From the NCBI GenBank assembly GCA_038245295.1, contig JBBRSP010000004.1, forward strand, positions 64,001-128,000: a stretch of DNA of 64,000 nt, written 5' to 3'. Below the pieces are notes generated by a model. That model was not told the DNA's origin. It saw only the letters and a list, made by a program, of their open reading frames with translations, and made no database searches. This DNA comes from Candidatus Binatia bacterium (GTDB lineage: Bacteria; Desulfobacterota; Binatia; HRBIN30). The position numbers and the translations under genes were made by a program. Positions 53,390 through 63,211 of this stretch are shown in pieces (the stretch's first letter is position 1; each line of letters opens with the position of its first letter).

Positions 53390-54624
53390 CGATAACGCAG
53401 CCAGAACAACAGGACGAGAATCAGAAGAGTCGACCATGTCGTGATCGACAACATCTCGAGAGCGCCGCCCAGGCGCTTTCCGAGAATACCGGGCGTCGCA
53501 ACGCTAGCCATGACGAAAAAGGCCCACAGCACAGCGCGCACGGTACGCCGCTCGTTTCGCGCAACCTCGGCGTCCTGCGCCAGACGTACCAGCAGCAGCA
53601 TTGGACAAAGGAGCACCACCAGGTAAGCCTTCCACGTGAGCGGCCCAAACAAGGCCCCGACGAGGAAGACGACGCTGACTTCGATCAAACCGGCGGAACT
53701 ATCCAGCCTCCACGGACCACGAAAGAGCGCCAGGGCGGCCACGGTCGTCAGCCCAAGGAGCAGCATCGTCAGTTGCGCCGGCAGGTGAGTTCCGGACTCG
53801 GGGAGGTAGTCGATCACCGTCGTATGGAAGGGCACCATCCCGTGGCCAATCAGCCGATCGAACATCGCCAATACCGACTGATTCATTTTGCCAACACCCC
53901 AACCAAACGCCAGGGAATCCTGCCAGGCGGCAAAATACTCAAGGAGCCGTGCCCTGCCCCACAATAAGGCGGGCGAGATGGAGAGCGCGATGGCGCTGGC
54001 AGTGGCCACCGCGGCCAAGCGCCACTGCCGACGGTAGGCCAGGTAGGGAACGAAGACGATGGGCATGACCTTCAGGGCGATGGCGGTGCCGATGCTCAGG
54101 CCACCGAGAACGGGCTGTCGGCGGAACCCAAGATAGAGGCCGCCGAGTGTCAACGCGAAGATGACGATGTTGATTTGCAGATGATCAAAATTACCCAGAA
54201 TGAATCGATGCGTCAGGATAACTGGGACGGCGATTGCTACGCTCCAAGGCGTCATGCCGCCGGACGATGTATCGTTCCAGCTCAGGGATCGATGATAGAC
54301 CAAACGCGTCAAAGCGCGCAGGATGAACCACAGCAGCGCGTAGTTGCCGACAATCCACCACACGCGCGCGCCTGCGTGCGACACGTCGTCGAATAAAGCC
54401 AGCGGCACACAGAAGACGCTGAACAGCGGCGGCCAAGTATTGATTCCGGGCGGCGCGTCCAAATAGATGTGGCGCTGCTCCATGACCAGGTGGCCCACCG
54501 TGACGTAGCCCGCAAAGTCACCGTCACGACGCGCCCAACTGGCGAGACCAACAGCCAGACCGACGAGCACCAACCAAGGCAACAAACGCAAGAAAGTCTT
54601 CACCGTTCTGAGGTCGTTTTCCAC
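53350..54624 (-). CDS. GT-C glycosyltransferase family 87 (DUF2029)
   Basis: GDF..Y, WPP, Q.N, A..LK..P, NQS; many TM helices. Confidence 0.82.
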   Translation of the reverse strand: MENDLRTVKTFLRLLPWLVLVGLAVGLASWARRDGDFAGYVTVGHLVMEQRHIYLDAPPGINTWPPLFSVFCVPLALFDDVSHAGARVWWIVGNYALLWFILRALTRLVYHRSLSWNDTSSGGMTPWSVAIAVPVILTHRFILGNFDHLQINIVIFALTLGGLYLGFRRQPVLGGLSIGTAIALKVMPIVFVPYLAYRRQWRLAAVATASAIALSISPALLWGRARLLEYFAAWQDSLAFGWGVGKMNQSVLAMFDRLIGHGMVPFHTTVIDYLPESGTHLPAQLTMLLLGLTTVAALALFRGPWRLDSSAGLIEVSVVFLVGALFGPLTWKAYLVVLLCPMLLLVRLAQDAEVARNERRTVRAVLWAFFVMASVATPGILGKRLGGALEMLSITTWSTLLILVLLFWLRYRHAAEEAWPEAKA

Positions 54625-54692
54625 CGGGCTGCCAAGCGATCCGCATGGATATACCTTGACTTGCCTGGTTCGCGTGTCATAGCCCGTCGGCG

Positions 54693-55652
54693 ATGGTTCG
54701 GTCCACCAGTTACCGCGGAATGAGCATCTGGATACGCAACTTACTCCTTGGCAGCGCCGCCTGTGCTGCCTTCGGATGTGGTGGGGGTGGCGGCGGCGGT
54801 TCGAGCCCTGGCCCCGAGAGAACGTTCGTGACGGTCATCGTGATCACGGCAACACCGGGACCAAGCTCGACGCCGACGGCTTCGGCGTTGCCCAGCCACA
54901 CGCCGACCGCCACGGAAACGGCCACGACGATCCCAAGTGCCACAGCCTCGGCTTCCGCGACGCCGACGTCAACCGACACGCCCCCGCCGTCGGCAACGCC
55001 GAGCCCGCCGTTCACGGCGGCAGCCACCGCGATTCCGACGGCCAGCGCAACACCAACTGAAACGCCGCTGCTGGGTCCGGTAGTCACGGCGTTCGAAGTT
55101 GCCGACTCGAGTGGAACGTTCAACCAGCCGGTCGGTACCGACAACGCCGGCAGATTGATCTTCCAGCGACAAGCGGCGGCAGGATTCGTCGTGTTCATCG
55201 AAGGACGCCCGGGCGCTACCCGACTACCGGTAGGCTCGGTGACCTACACGGCCAAGCCGAACGATCCGAATGCCCAACCCGACCTGCAGATTCTCACTTC
55301 GCGGGCGCTCGGCGACGGGTCCCCGGCCGTTTGCGACAACTCACTACCCGGGCTCGGCGGCATCCCGGAAACCACACCAGTCCTTTTTTCACCGATCCAG
55401 CCAATTACCGATGCCCTCAACGATTTTGGATGCCGCTTCCGCGTATTCGACGAGGCGGATCTCTCGTGCACGCAGGACAACGGCGGCAACTTCGTATTCC
55501 GCAGTGCCAGCTCGACGATTCAATTCTGCGCCCTGATCTCGAATGCACTGACGTTTCCGTCCGCGGACACCGTCCTATCCGCGCGCCTGCGAGATACTTC
55601 GGGAAATGCTGGCCCTATTTTCCAAATGGTGGTGCGTATTCCCGAAAGTTGA
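54693..55652 (+). CDS. Lipoprotein with TP linker and Cys-containing C-terminal domain; alternative start at 54720
   Basis: Lipobox AFGC followed by a G-run and a TP-rich linker. Confidence 0.75.
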   Translation: MVRSTSYRGMSIWIRNLLLGSAACAAFGCGGGGGGGSSPGPERTFVTVIVITATPGPSSTPTASALPSHTPTATETATTIPSATASASATPTSTDTPPPSATPSPPFTAAATAIPTASATPTETPLLGPVVTAFEVADSSGTFNQPVGTDNAGRLIFQRQAAAGFVVFIEGRPGATRLPVGSVTYTAKPNDPNAQPDLQILTSRALGDGSPAVCDNSLPGLGGIPETTPVLFSPIQPITDALNDFGCRFRVFDEADLSCTQDNGGNFVFRSASSTIQFCALISNALTFPSADTVLSARLRDTSGNAGPIFQMVVRIPES

Positions 55653-55686
55653 GATATAAGGGATCCCGATCTTTGCGGGGGTGGGG

Positions 55687-55956
55687 ATGATTCAGTTTGA
55701 AGCAACGATTCGAGTACAAGACATCGTCGACACGGACAAAGCAGCCGCACGTCGAAAGCTTGAAGAGCGGCTCCACGCTGCCGGGCTCAATCACTTCCAG
55801 ATCGTCTCGATCGGTGTACCGGCGGCCATCACGCCACCGGCGCTAAGCCCCAGACCAACCAACGGCGTGGGTCGTGCCAGCGCCCTTGGCGGACAGATCC
55901 TCGTCGCCGCAGTCTCCCTGTGGGCGTTGTGGTTCCTGTGGATGATCGCCGGATAA
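55687..55956 (+). CDS. Small hypothetical protein with C-terminal TM helix
   Basis: G-rich SD, hydrophobic C-terminus. Confidence 0.5.
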   Translation: MIQFEATIRVQDIVDTDKAAARRKLEERLHAAGLNHFQIVSIGVPAAITPPALSPRPTNGVGRASALGGQILVAAVSLWALWFLWMIAG

Positions 55957-56022
55957 CGTCCCGCCGGCTTGCCCAACCATTTCGACGGAGCCGTGGGGCA
56001 CTCCTGTAAGGCTGAGGCCGTC

Positions 56023-56262
56023 TCAGCCACAGGTCAATGTCAGACTGCGACAAGTCGTCCCGGCGCAACAATTGTCGTCGGTAACGCTGCAGCCGACACC
56101 ACTCGGAACACAGGTTGGGGTTGCGGTTGGCGCGCCGCTGGGAACGGAGACGATCGGTAGTGGTCCTCCGACGGTCAAATCATCCCCTCCGCAACCGTTG
56201 ATCAACGCAATCGTCAGCGCCAGAGCGCCAACTGCACAGAAGAGATGAATGGAATGGCGCAT
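56023..56262 (-). CDS. Small lipoprotein with C-terminal six-Cys knottin-like module
   Basis: Lipobox INGC; C-x6-C-x6-CC-x4-C-x6-C; TGATG overlap with the upstream gene. Confidence 0.65.
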   Translation of the reverse strand: MRHSIHLFCAVGALALTIALINGCGGDDLTVGGPLPIVSVPSGAPTATPTCVPSGVGCSVTDDNCCAGTTCRSLTLTCG

Positions 56263-56633
56263 CAGAGTACTCCTGCGGTCGTCGCTTTCGCAGCGAGTTG
56301 CGCACGTCGTTGGGCCTGGTAGTGGGTGGGGCAGAGTCCATGAGCGATCCGTTCGCGGTCACACGATTTGACTACGCAACGCTTTTCCTTGGGCACGACC
56401 GGCTTCGGCGGCGGCGTAAACCGCGTCAACTCCTGCTCGGCCGCGTCCAATCCTTCGTTAAGCATGGCAAGGACGACCTCGGTCTTGGTCGCACCAAGGC
56501 GGCTTGCCACCAGGTTTAGGCGATTCAAGACGTTCGTCGGTACCTTGATGTTGATTAAGCGCGCCGTTTCGCGCCCGCGTTTGCCACGCGCCACAAGATC
56601 GTCGAGCCGGAGGTTGGAATTGCCGATGGCCAT
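56262..56633 (-). CDS. Ribbon-helix-helix-like DNA-binding protein with C3H Zn-finger tail
   Basis: LINIKVP..V...L..VA..LG.TKTEVV RHH pattern; C-x4-C-x9-C-x2-H. Confidence 0.6.
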   Translation of the reverse strand: MAIGNSNLRLDDLVARGKRGRETARLINIKVPTNVLNRLNLVASRLGATKTEVVLAMLNEGLDAAEQELTRFTPPPKPVVPKEKRCVVKSCDRERIAHGLCPTHYQAQRRAQLAAKATTAGVL

Positions 56634-56673
56634 AGTCTTCGAGCTTTGGTTATTACCGCGCTCGGAGACACTT

Positions 56674-57213
56674 TCAAGCCGTTGAAGAGGAGTCCTTGTT
56701 CGCGCGCCCCGTCAGGCCCGGCAGTCGCACCGGTAGTTCGTTGCGGCACAGGACGAACCATAAAATCGCCGGCGCCCCTACAAACGCAATCAATCCGAGA
56801 AATGTCCCCAGGATGTCGGTGAACGCATTCTTGTAGAACACGAGCAGGGGGAATGCAGTAACGATCGCCGCGCTGATGAAGAGATTGCTCCCGGTTCCCA
56901 GGAGGCAGCGAACCAGACGCCCCTGCCAGGCAATACCCGGTGTCGCCAGGATCAGCGCCAAAAGAGGCACGACGCCGACGGCCAAGGCGTCGAATTGCAG
57001 AGCCGCATCGACGCGATGGTCGCCTTGCCGCCAGATCGGACGTTGCGGTGGTGGCGGGCGATCAAGCACCCAGCCGTGCAACGGCGGGCCCATCTGCGTG
57101 GCAATTCCGACGACCGCGTCGCTGTAGAACGACGTCAGTGGGGTGCGGCTCCAGACAACGAGCAGGACGGCGAAGAACAACAAGAAACGCATCAGGAAAC
57201 GCGTCTTACTCAT
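56674..57213 (-). CDS. Exosortase-associated membrane protein (XrtH-associated-like)
   Basis: ATGA overlap with the exosortase; G.VPLLALILATP, P..LW; no catalytic Cys. Confidence 0.6.
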   Translation of the reverse strand: MSKTRFLMRFLLFFAVLLVVWSRTPLTSFYSDAVVGIATQMGPPLHGWVLDRPPPPQRPIWRQGDHRVDAALQFDALAVGVVPLLALILATPGIAWQGRLVRCLLGTGSNLFISAAIVTAFPLLVFYKNAFTDILGTFLGLIAFVGAPAILWFVLCRNELPVRLPGLTGRANKDSSSTA

Positions 57214-57710
57214 TCCCCGAAACGCTCTGCCCAGGCCAAGGCGCCGACCAGCACAAACACCATGAAGATGCCCTGCCAGACGTACTCGTGGAAGTAGAAG
57301 AAGGCACCTGGATAGGTTTGTACGATGCGCGCCAGCGTGACTAGGCGAATGATGTTGACCACCATCAAGGCGGGGATGCCGAGCGCGAAACCGATACCGC
57401 GGGCGCGCCAGGTCGTCGGATAGGCCAGGACAAAGCTGGCGTACAAGAACAGCACAAAGATCCCCGTGCACTCATGGTTGATGTTGATGACCATCGATTC
57501 GACGATGATGTTGTCACCCTGCCATGTGGCCGTGCCGCCGATCAGGCGCGCCCCGATCGCACCGGCGGCGGCGATGAAGCGCTGCACCGGACCGAGGTTC
57601 TCGTGCAGACTGAAGGCCCAGAACACGGCGCTGAAGACAACCAGCCAGGCGAAGAAGCGCAGACCAAAGCCGAGACCTCGGCTTGGCTGCAAGCGAGCCG
57701 ACGCACTCAT
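57210..57710 (-). CDS. Exosortase/archaeosortase family transpeptidase (XrtH-like)
   Basis: ININHECTG (Cys), VNIIRL (Arg), FHEYVWQ (His). Confidence 0.85.
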   Translation of the reverse strand: MSASARLQPSRGLGFGLRFFAWLVVFSAVFWAFSLHENLGPVQRFIAAAGAIGARLIGGTATWQGDNIIVESMVININHECTGIFVLFLYASFVLAYPTTWRARGIGFALGIPALMVVNIIRLVTLARIVQTYPGAFFYFHEYVWQGIFMVFVLVGALAWAERFGE

Positions 57711-57719
57711 TTCATGTCC

Positions 57720-58775
57720 TCATGAGCCAGTCGTCGCGGCGTCCGCGGCACGATCATAGATTTCACGCGCAAAGAGCTGTTCGATCGTGACGGCGATCGA
57801 CTGATCCTGGGTCGAGCCGAAGGCGCGGCGCCATTGACGCAAAGGAACAATTGCTTTGGCCATCGATCGATGGCCGCCGGCGCGACCGATCTCACTAAAG
57901 AGCTTACGGACGACATCACCGGCGCTGCGTAAATAGCCGGGGTTGCGGACCGACATGACCAGCGCATTCTGCCACTTGCCGGCAACCACAACCCACTCGG
58001 TGGCTTCGAACTGCATACAGAAGTCGGCCAGTTGCGGGATGATGTCTTCGCGTTCGACGGCTCCGACGTGGAGGGTCAGCAGTCCCATTTGCTTACGCAT
58101 GCGCGGCAGAACCCGGGCCAAGAAATTGGCGAAGGACATCGGCAACTCGGGGCGCTCGATGCGACGCAGGATATTGTAATTCTGGAGCGGATAGAGAGAC
58201 ATGAAGGCACGCAGATCGGCCGGACCGGTCTCGCGATTCAGCATCAGGGTGTCGCTCTTGATGCCATAGAGGAGTGCGGTCGCCAGGCGTTGGCTTACAT
58301 CCGCGTCGCAGGCTTCGAGGTACTCCGTCAAGATCGTCGACGTCGCGCCGTACTGCGTCCGCAGATCGCAGTACTCGGCATCGATGGCAGCAGCCCTCTG
58401 GTGATGGTCGATGACGATATGCGCGTGAGGCAGGCGTTCGGCGAAGTAGGCCGGCTGAACATCAAGCAGCGCAACGCAAGGAAAGTTGCGCAGAGTGTCA
58501 CTGTCGGTGCGTTCGATCGGCACATCCAAGAGGCGTAACATCGCCAGATTCTCTGCGCGTGTTACTTCACCAAACGAAAACAGGGGGGTCGTCGAACGGT
58601 TCCGCCCAAGCACTGTGCGCAAGGCAATGGCGCTCGCGATCCCGTCGGGATCCGGATCATCCTGCAGAAGCAGGGCAACACGCTCGGCGGAACCAACCAC
58701 GGCCCGCAGTTGTTCGAGGCGTTCGCGGTTGGCGGCAATATCCGCCTGATATGTGCTGGGATTCGCTAGCTGCAT
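57720..58775 (-). CDS. DHH/DHHA1 phosphoesterase
   Basis: DPDPDG, LLD, IDHH, GATSTI, GIKSDT, AGGH. Confidence 0.9.
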   Translation of the reverse strand: MQLANPSTYQADIAANRERLEQLRAVVGSAERVALLLQDDPDPDGIASAIALRTVLGRNRSTTPLFSFGEVTRAENLAMLRLLDVPIERTDSDTLRNFPCVALLDVQPAYFAERLPHAHIVIDHHQRAAAIDAEYCDLRTQYGATSTILTEYLEACDADVSQRLATALLYGIKSDTLMLNRETGPADLRAFMSLYPLQNYNILRRIERPELPMSFANFLARVLPRMRKQMGLLTLHVGAVEREDIIPQLADFCMQFEATEWVVVAGKWQNALVMSVRNPGYLRSAGDVVRKLFSEIGRAGGHRSMAKAIVPLRQWRRAFGSTQDQSIAVTIEQLFAREIYDRAADAATTGS

Positions 58776-58872
58776 CGAGCAACCACATGGGCCGGGTGCG
58801 ACGTCAAACGTGCACCGGTCGGCTCACTAACACCACCCCGATGCAGCGGCAACCACTGCTCCCGGGCAGAAC

Positions 58873-59982
58873 CTAATGTAGGTGGGAAGGTGCGGGCTTG
58901 CGAACGCTGGCCGCAAACTCGGTCGGCACAGAAACAATCTGCGCCTCACCAAGCTCGCTGAACAACTCGTACGGCCGCACGAATTGCTGCAGGAAACCGG
59001 CCATCACCTCGTATTGCGAGCGATAGGCGCCGAGGGCCGACGACTTGCGCGCTTGTTGGCTCGGACTGACGGCAACGTGCACCCAAGGTGTATTCGAGAG
59101 ACTGCGCCACGCCGTTGGCGTTCCGCCGACGCCCATACCGATCAACCGCCGGCTCCACGTCGGCGAGGACGGGTAATCCGTCATGTGCACCAAGTATCCA
59201 AGCACGCGGACGTTGCCGATCTTGTCGTTTGACTCCTGCCGCACCCGACGCAGGGCATCGAGAACGAACACGGCCGTCGAACAGTGGTCGGGATGTTGGT
59301 CGCGCGGATCCGGGGTTACGATGATCGTCGGACGAAAGCTGCGAATCTTGGCTTCGACCGCTTCGACGAGATCGTTGCCGACATACTCCAGCTCCGAGCG
59401 CTGCGAAGGCGCACCGGGCGGCCGGCTAAGCTGCGTAAATGGCGATACATAGGGACGATCGTCGGACCAGTAGTCGGCCCACAGGTCATCCAGACCACCG
59501 TCCGGAAACGAGAGGAACTCAACGTCTTCTGCCGTGAGACCAAGTCGCTGCACGGCCGTAACGGCCTCATCGCGGCGCATCGACCCGTAAGCGCGGAATT
59601 CAGCGCTCGACGGCGGTGCGTGATGAGTATGATGCACGACGCCATCGACGTACCCATCGCCGTTCGTCATGACGACTACGTGAACCGTGGCCCCCTGAGC
59701 CAGTGCTTGCTGCAACAGGCCGCCGGTCCCCAGCGTTTCGTCATCGGGGTGGGGAGCGAATACCAAGATCCGCGCCCGCGGCGGTAGCTGTAACTCCTGC
59801 GGAGCAAACCCGAGTGCGGTCGGAGGCACCAGATTGTCGCCTGCCACCCCCAGAGGGGCCGCCAGTCTTGGACCCGCTGTACCAACAAACGGTACGTTTC
59901 GATCGGCTGGTTCCAAAGCCAGCGCCAACGTTGGCGCCAGACAAGCCAGTACAAAAACGCTGAAGCGATGAAGGTGGCCCAT
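58873..59982 (-). CDS. Exported PIG-L family de-N-acetylase
   Basis: Signal peptide; APHPDDE, TNGD, FPDG, D.HPDH, Y.SQ. Confidence 0.9.
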   Translation of the reverse strand: MGHLHRFSVFVLACLAPTLALALEPADRNVPFVGTAGPRLAAPLGVAGDNLVPPTALGFAPQELQLPPRARILVFAPHPDDETLGTGGLLQQALAQGATVHVVVMTNGDGYVDGVVHHTHHAPPSSAEFRAYGSMRRDEAVTAVQRLGLTAEDVEFLSFPDGGLDDLWADYWSDDRPYVSPFTQLSRPPGAPSQRSELEYVGNDLVEAVEAKIRSFRPTIIVTPDPRDQHPDHCSTAVFVLDALRRVRQESNDKIGNVRVLGYLVHMTDYPSSPTWSRRLIGMGVGGTPTAWRSLSNTPWVHVAVSPSQQARKSSALGAYRSQYEVMAGFLQQFVRPYELFSELGEAQIVSVPTEFAASVRKPAPSHLH

Positions 59983-59999
59983 GATGTTCGTCTAGTTTT

Positions 60000-60452
60000 C
60001 TACTTGCGGTCGTCCGAAACCGCCGCCGCGGTGACGCTCAGTTGTTTATCGATCGCCCGAGCGTGCAACTGAGCGTCGATGCGCGTGAACAATTCACGTC
60101 GATTGATGGGTTTGGTCAGATACTCGCTGACCCCGAGAGACATGCCGCGTGAACGGGTCTCGATGTCGTCTTTGGCTGTCAACAGAATCACCGGGATACG
60201 GCGCAGACGCTCGTCGGCACGTAAAGATTCACAGACTTGCAAGCCGTCCATGTCCGGCATCATGACATCGAGCAAGATGACATCGACCGTTTGCAAAGCG
60301 AGCGTTTCCAACGCCACCTTGCCGCCGCCCGCGCTCACCGTCGAGTAGCCTTCGCGCGCCAACATGCGCGTCAGGATTTCAACCGCATTCGGGTCGTCAT
60401 CGACGACCAGGATGCGGCCTTTAGATGGAACTGTCGTCTCCGGCACGCTCAT
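60000..60452 (-). CDS. Stand-alone response regulator receiver
   Basis: ILVVDDD, LLDVMMP, LTAK, YLTKP; ATGA overlap. Confidence 0.92.
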   Translation of the reverse strand: MSVPETTVPSKGRILVVDDDPNAVEILTRMLAREGYSTVSAGGGKVALETLALQTVDVILLDVMMPDMDGLQVCESLRADERLRRIPVILLTAKDDIETRSRGMSLGVSEYLTKPINRRELFTRIDAQLHARAIDKQLSVTAAAVSDDRK

Positions 60453-61429
60453 AAGACGTATCCTTGCGGGGCACCAGGTTGTTTGCGGCGCAGCTTGGCG
60501 ACCAATGTCGTCCGTTTCAAGCCCAATAATCGCGCCGCCGCCTGTTTGTTGCCTTTGGTGCGACGCAAAGCTTCGTCGATCAGCCGGTATTCAAACTCTT
60601 CAACAGCTTGGTTTAGATCAATTCCCTCATCCGTCAGGGTCGGGCGAGGAATCTTCTTGTCGGAGATGAACGAACGAATGTTGGGCGGCAGGTTCTCAAC
60701 TCGAATCGCCCCGTCATCGCTCAGGATGACCAGACGTTCGATAAGGTTTTCCAGCTCACGCACGTTGCCCGGCCAGTCGTACTCCCAGAGGTGCACCATC
60801 GCCTCTTCCCAGATGCGCACCGGAGCGCCGGGTCGTTGTTGGTTGTGGCGCTCGAGGAAGTGCTGGACCAGCAGGGGGATATCCGAGCGTCGCTCACGCA
60901 GCGGCGGAACCGTGATCGGGATAACCTGAAGGCGGTAGAAGAGGTCTTCGCGAAACCGCCCCTTCTCAACCTCCGTACCAAGGTCGCGATTGCTGGCCGC
61001 GATGACCCGAACATCGACCTTGATTGTTCGGTCAGCACCGACAGGGCGGATCTCGCGTTCCTGCAAAACGCGCAGCAGTTTGACCTGCAGCGCCGGCGTC
61101 ATCTCACCGATCTCGTCGAGGAAAATGCTGCCGCCGCTCGCCAATTGGAACAGCCCCATACGGGCACCAACGGCGCCGGTGAAAGCCCCGCGTTCGTGGC
61201 CGAACATCTCGGACTCGAGCAGATCTGGTGGGATCGCCCCGCAATTCACCGCAATGAACGGGTTATTTGCGCGCTTGCTATGCGTATGTATGAACCGAGC
61301 GATCAGCTCCTTGCCGGTTCCGCTTTCACCGGCGATCAGAACTGTTGAATCGGTAACGGCGACCCTCTGACAAACATTGAGGATCTTCTCCATTACCGGA
61401 TGGTTTCCTTTTACGAGTTGGCCTTCCAT
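60449..61429 (-). CDS. Sigma-54 enhancer-binding protein lacking an N-terminal regulatory domain
   Basis: GESGTGKE, GAFTGA, FLDEIG, WPGNVRELEN, Fis HTH; the protein starts directly at the AAA domain. Confidence 0.92.
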   Translation of the reverse strand: MEGQLVKGNHPVMEKILNVCQRVAVTDSTVLIAGESGTGKELIARFIHTHSKRANNPFIAVNCGAIPPDLLESEMFGHERGAFTGAVGARMGLFQLASGGSIFLDEIGEMTPALQVKLLRVLQEREIRPVGADRTIKVDVRVIAASNRDLGTEVEKGRFREDLFYRLQVIPITVPPLRERRSDIPLLVQHFLERHNQQRPGAPVRIWEEAMVHLWEYDWPGNVRELENLIERLVILSDDGAIRVENLPPNIRSFISDKKIPRPTLTDEGIDLNQAVEEFEYRLIDEALRRTKGNKQAAARLLGLKRTTLVAKLRRKQPGAPQGYVL

Positions 61430-61443
61430 CGGTATGTGTCAAA

Positions 61444-61472
61444 AAGTTAACAGCGAAGTGGCCGCACAGCAA
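61444..61472 (-). promoter_or_regulatory. Putative sigma-70 promoter of the bEBP operon
   Basis: TTGCTG-N17-TAACTT with extended -10 TG. Confidence 0.4.
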
Positions 61473-61552
61473 GACTGAATCTCTCGATTGAGGGCCTTGG
61501 TTTGCCCGAAGCGTCGGTGTTGCTATGCAGCGGCGCGAGGAGATCAGCATTC

Positions 61553-62272
61553 ATGCGAGGAGACGGCCGTACCCCGGACCAACTGCGCCCGACGAAAATC
61601 ACCCCCCATTTCATCCGCCATGCGACAGGGTCGGTACTCATCGAGGTCGGCGACACGCGTGTCATCTGCACCGCCAATGTGGAGGAATCGGTCCCGCCCT
61701 TCCTCAAAGATAGCGGCCGTGGCTGGATCACCGCGGAATACGGCATGTTGCCGGGCAGCAGTAACGAGCGTATCGCGCGCGAGTCGACACGTGGCAAAGT
61801 CGGCGGACGCACCCACGAGATTCAACGCCTGATCGGACGCAGCCTGCGCACGGTCATTGATCTTTCGCGCCTCGGGTCGCGAACCATCTGGATCGACTGC
61901 GATGTCATCGAAGCCGACGGCGGCACACGAACCGCTTCAATCACCGGCGCCTACGTCGCTCTTTCGCTGGCGGTGCAGAAGCTCAAGCTCAACGGATTGC
62001 TCAGCGTCGACCCGCTGATTCGCTCAGTCGCTGCAGTCAGCGTGGGTATCGTCGGTGGCGAAGCACTCCTCGATCTTTGTTACGCCGAAGACTCGAAAGC
62101 CGACGTCGACATGAATTTCGTGATGACCGGCGACGGCAAGTTCGTCGAGGTTCAGGGAACCGCCGAAGCCGAACCATTCTCCAAGTCCCAACTGGAGCAA
62201 TTGAACGATCTGGCCTGGCGCGGCATCGCCGAGCTTACGCGGCTGCAACGAGAAGCCCTGGCTGCCGCCTGA
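61553..62272 (+). CDS. rph: Ribonuclease PH
   Basis: [45 protein letters not shown]. Confidence 0.98.
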   Translation: MRGDGRTPDQLRPTKITPHFIRHATGSVLIEVGDTRVICTANVEESVPPFLKDSGRGWITAEYGMLPGSSNERIARESTRGKVGGRTHEIQRLIGRSLRTVIDLSRLGSRTIWIDCDVIEADGGTRTASITGAYVALSLAVQKLKLNGLLSVDPLIRSVAAVSVGIVGGEALLDLCYAEDSKADVDMNFVMTGDGKFVEVQGTAEAEPFSKSQLEQLNDLAWRGIAELTRLQREALAAA

Positions 62273-62493
62273 TCGTTTGCCATGCAATTTCGCATCCTGC
62301 GAGCGCCCCGGCGACGCACCAGGAAGCCCCAGGATCGACGATCACCGACCAGGATGAGTGTACCTAGCCACCCAAACTCAACGTTTTTTGGCAATTTGAC
62401 GCGGCGCCCCTTGGAAACATTGAGTTTTCCGAGTGCTGGTCGAGCCGTCACAGCATCGGGATGTCGAATTTGCGCTACATCATAAATGCTAAC

Positions 62494-63132
62494 ATGGAAG
62501 AACGCATAACGACCACTCAACGCGATCTCCTCATCGCCACTACCAACCTGGGCAAGCAACGCGAATTCGATCGACTGCTCGGCGCGCTGCCGCTGCGTGT
62601 TCAAAGTCTTCGTGACCATCCCGGTGCACCTCCCGTCGACGAGACGGGAGCAACGTACCTGGAGAATGCCACGCTCAAGGCGATCACGACTGCCCGCTGG
62701 TCAGGCCTGCTCACCCTGGCGGACGACTCGGGCTTGGAGGTCGAGGCTCTTCATGGCGCTCCGGGGGTCCACTCGGCGCGCTACGCCGGACCACAGCAGG
62801 ACGACTCGGCCAATGTTCGCAAGCTCCTCGCCGCACTGGATGGCCTCGGACTCACAGAGGCGCAGCGCAGCGCACGCTTTCGCTGTGTTATCGTAGTGGC
62901 CACGCCGCAGGGCACGATCTGCTCGGCTGAAGGAACGTGCGACGGTCTCATCGCGCTCACCCCAGCGGGATGCGACGGCTTCGGTTACGATCCTGTATTT
63001 TTCTCGCCAACAGACGGCTGCACCTTCGCCCAACTCGACGCCATGGCGAAGAACGCGGTTAGCCATCGCGCCGCCGCCTGCCGGGTTTTGGTCGAGCGTC
63101 TTCCCGCGTTCTTGAAAACAATCGCTGATTGA
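62494..63132 (+). CDS. rdgB: XTP/dITP diphosphatase (HAM1 family)
   Basis: ATTN.GK, ADDSGL, PGVHSARY, GFGYDPVF, KN..SHR. Confidence 0.95.
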   Translation: MEERITTTQRDLLIATTNLGKQREFDRLLGALPLRVQSLRDHPGAPPVDETGATYLENATLKAITTARWSGLLTLADDSGLEVEALHGAPGVHSARYAGPQQDDSANVRKLLAALDGLGLTEAQRSARFRCVIVVATPQGTICSAEGTCDGLIALTPAGCDGFGYDPVFFSPTDGCTFAQLDAMAKNAVSHRAAACRVLVERLPAFLKTIAD

Positions 63133-63211
63133 ATTGGCATAGGGGCTTTGGTAACCCGACCCCGTTTGGTAGCGGTTCCGCCGCGGACGGCACGAGTGCA
63201 CGAAAACGAAT

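Noticed and set aside
55687..55956. Exosortase CTERM substrate
   Set aside because: No signal peptide, no recognisable sorting motif and no basic residues after the TM helix
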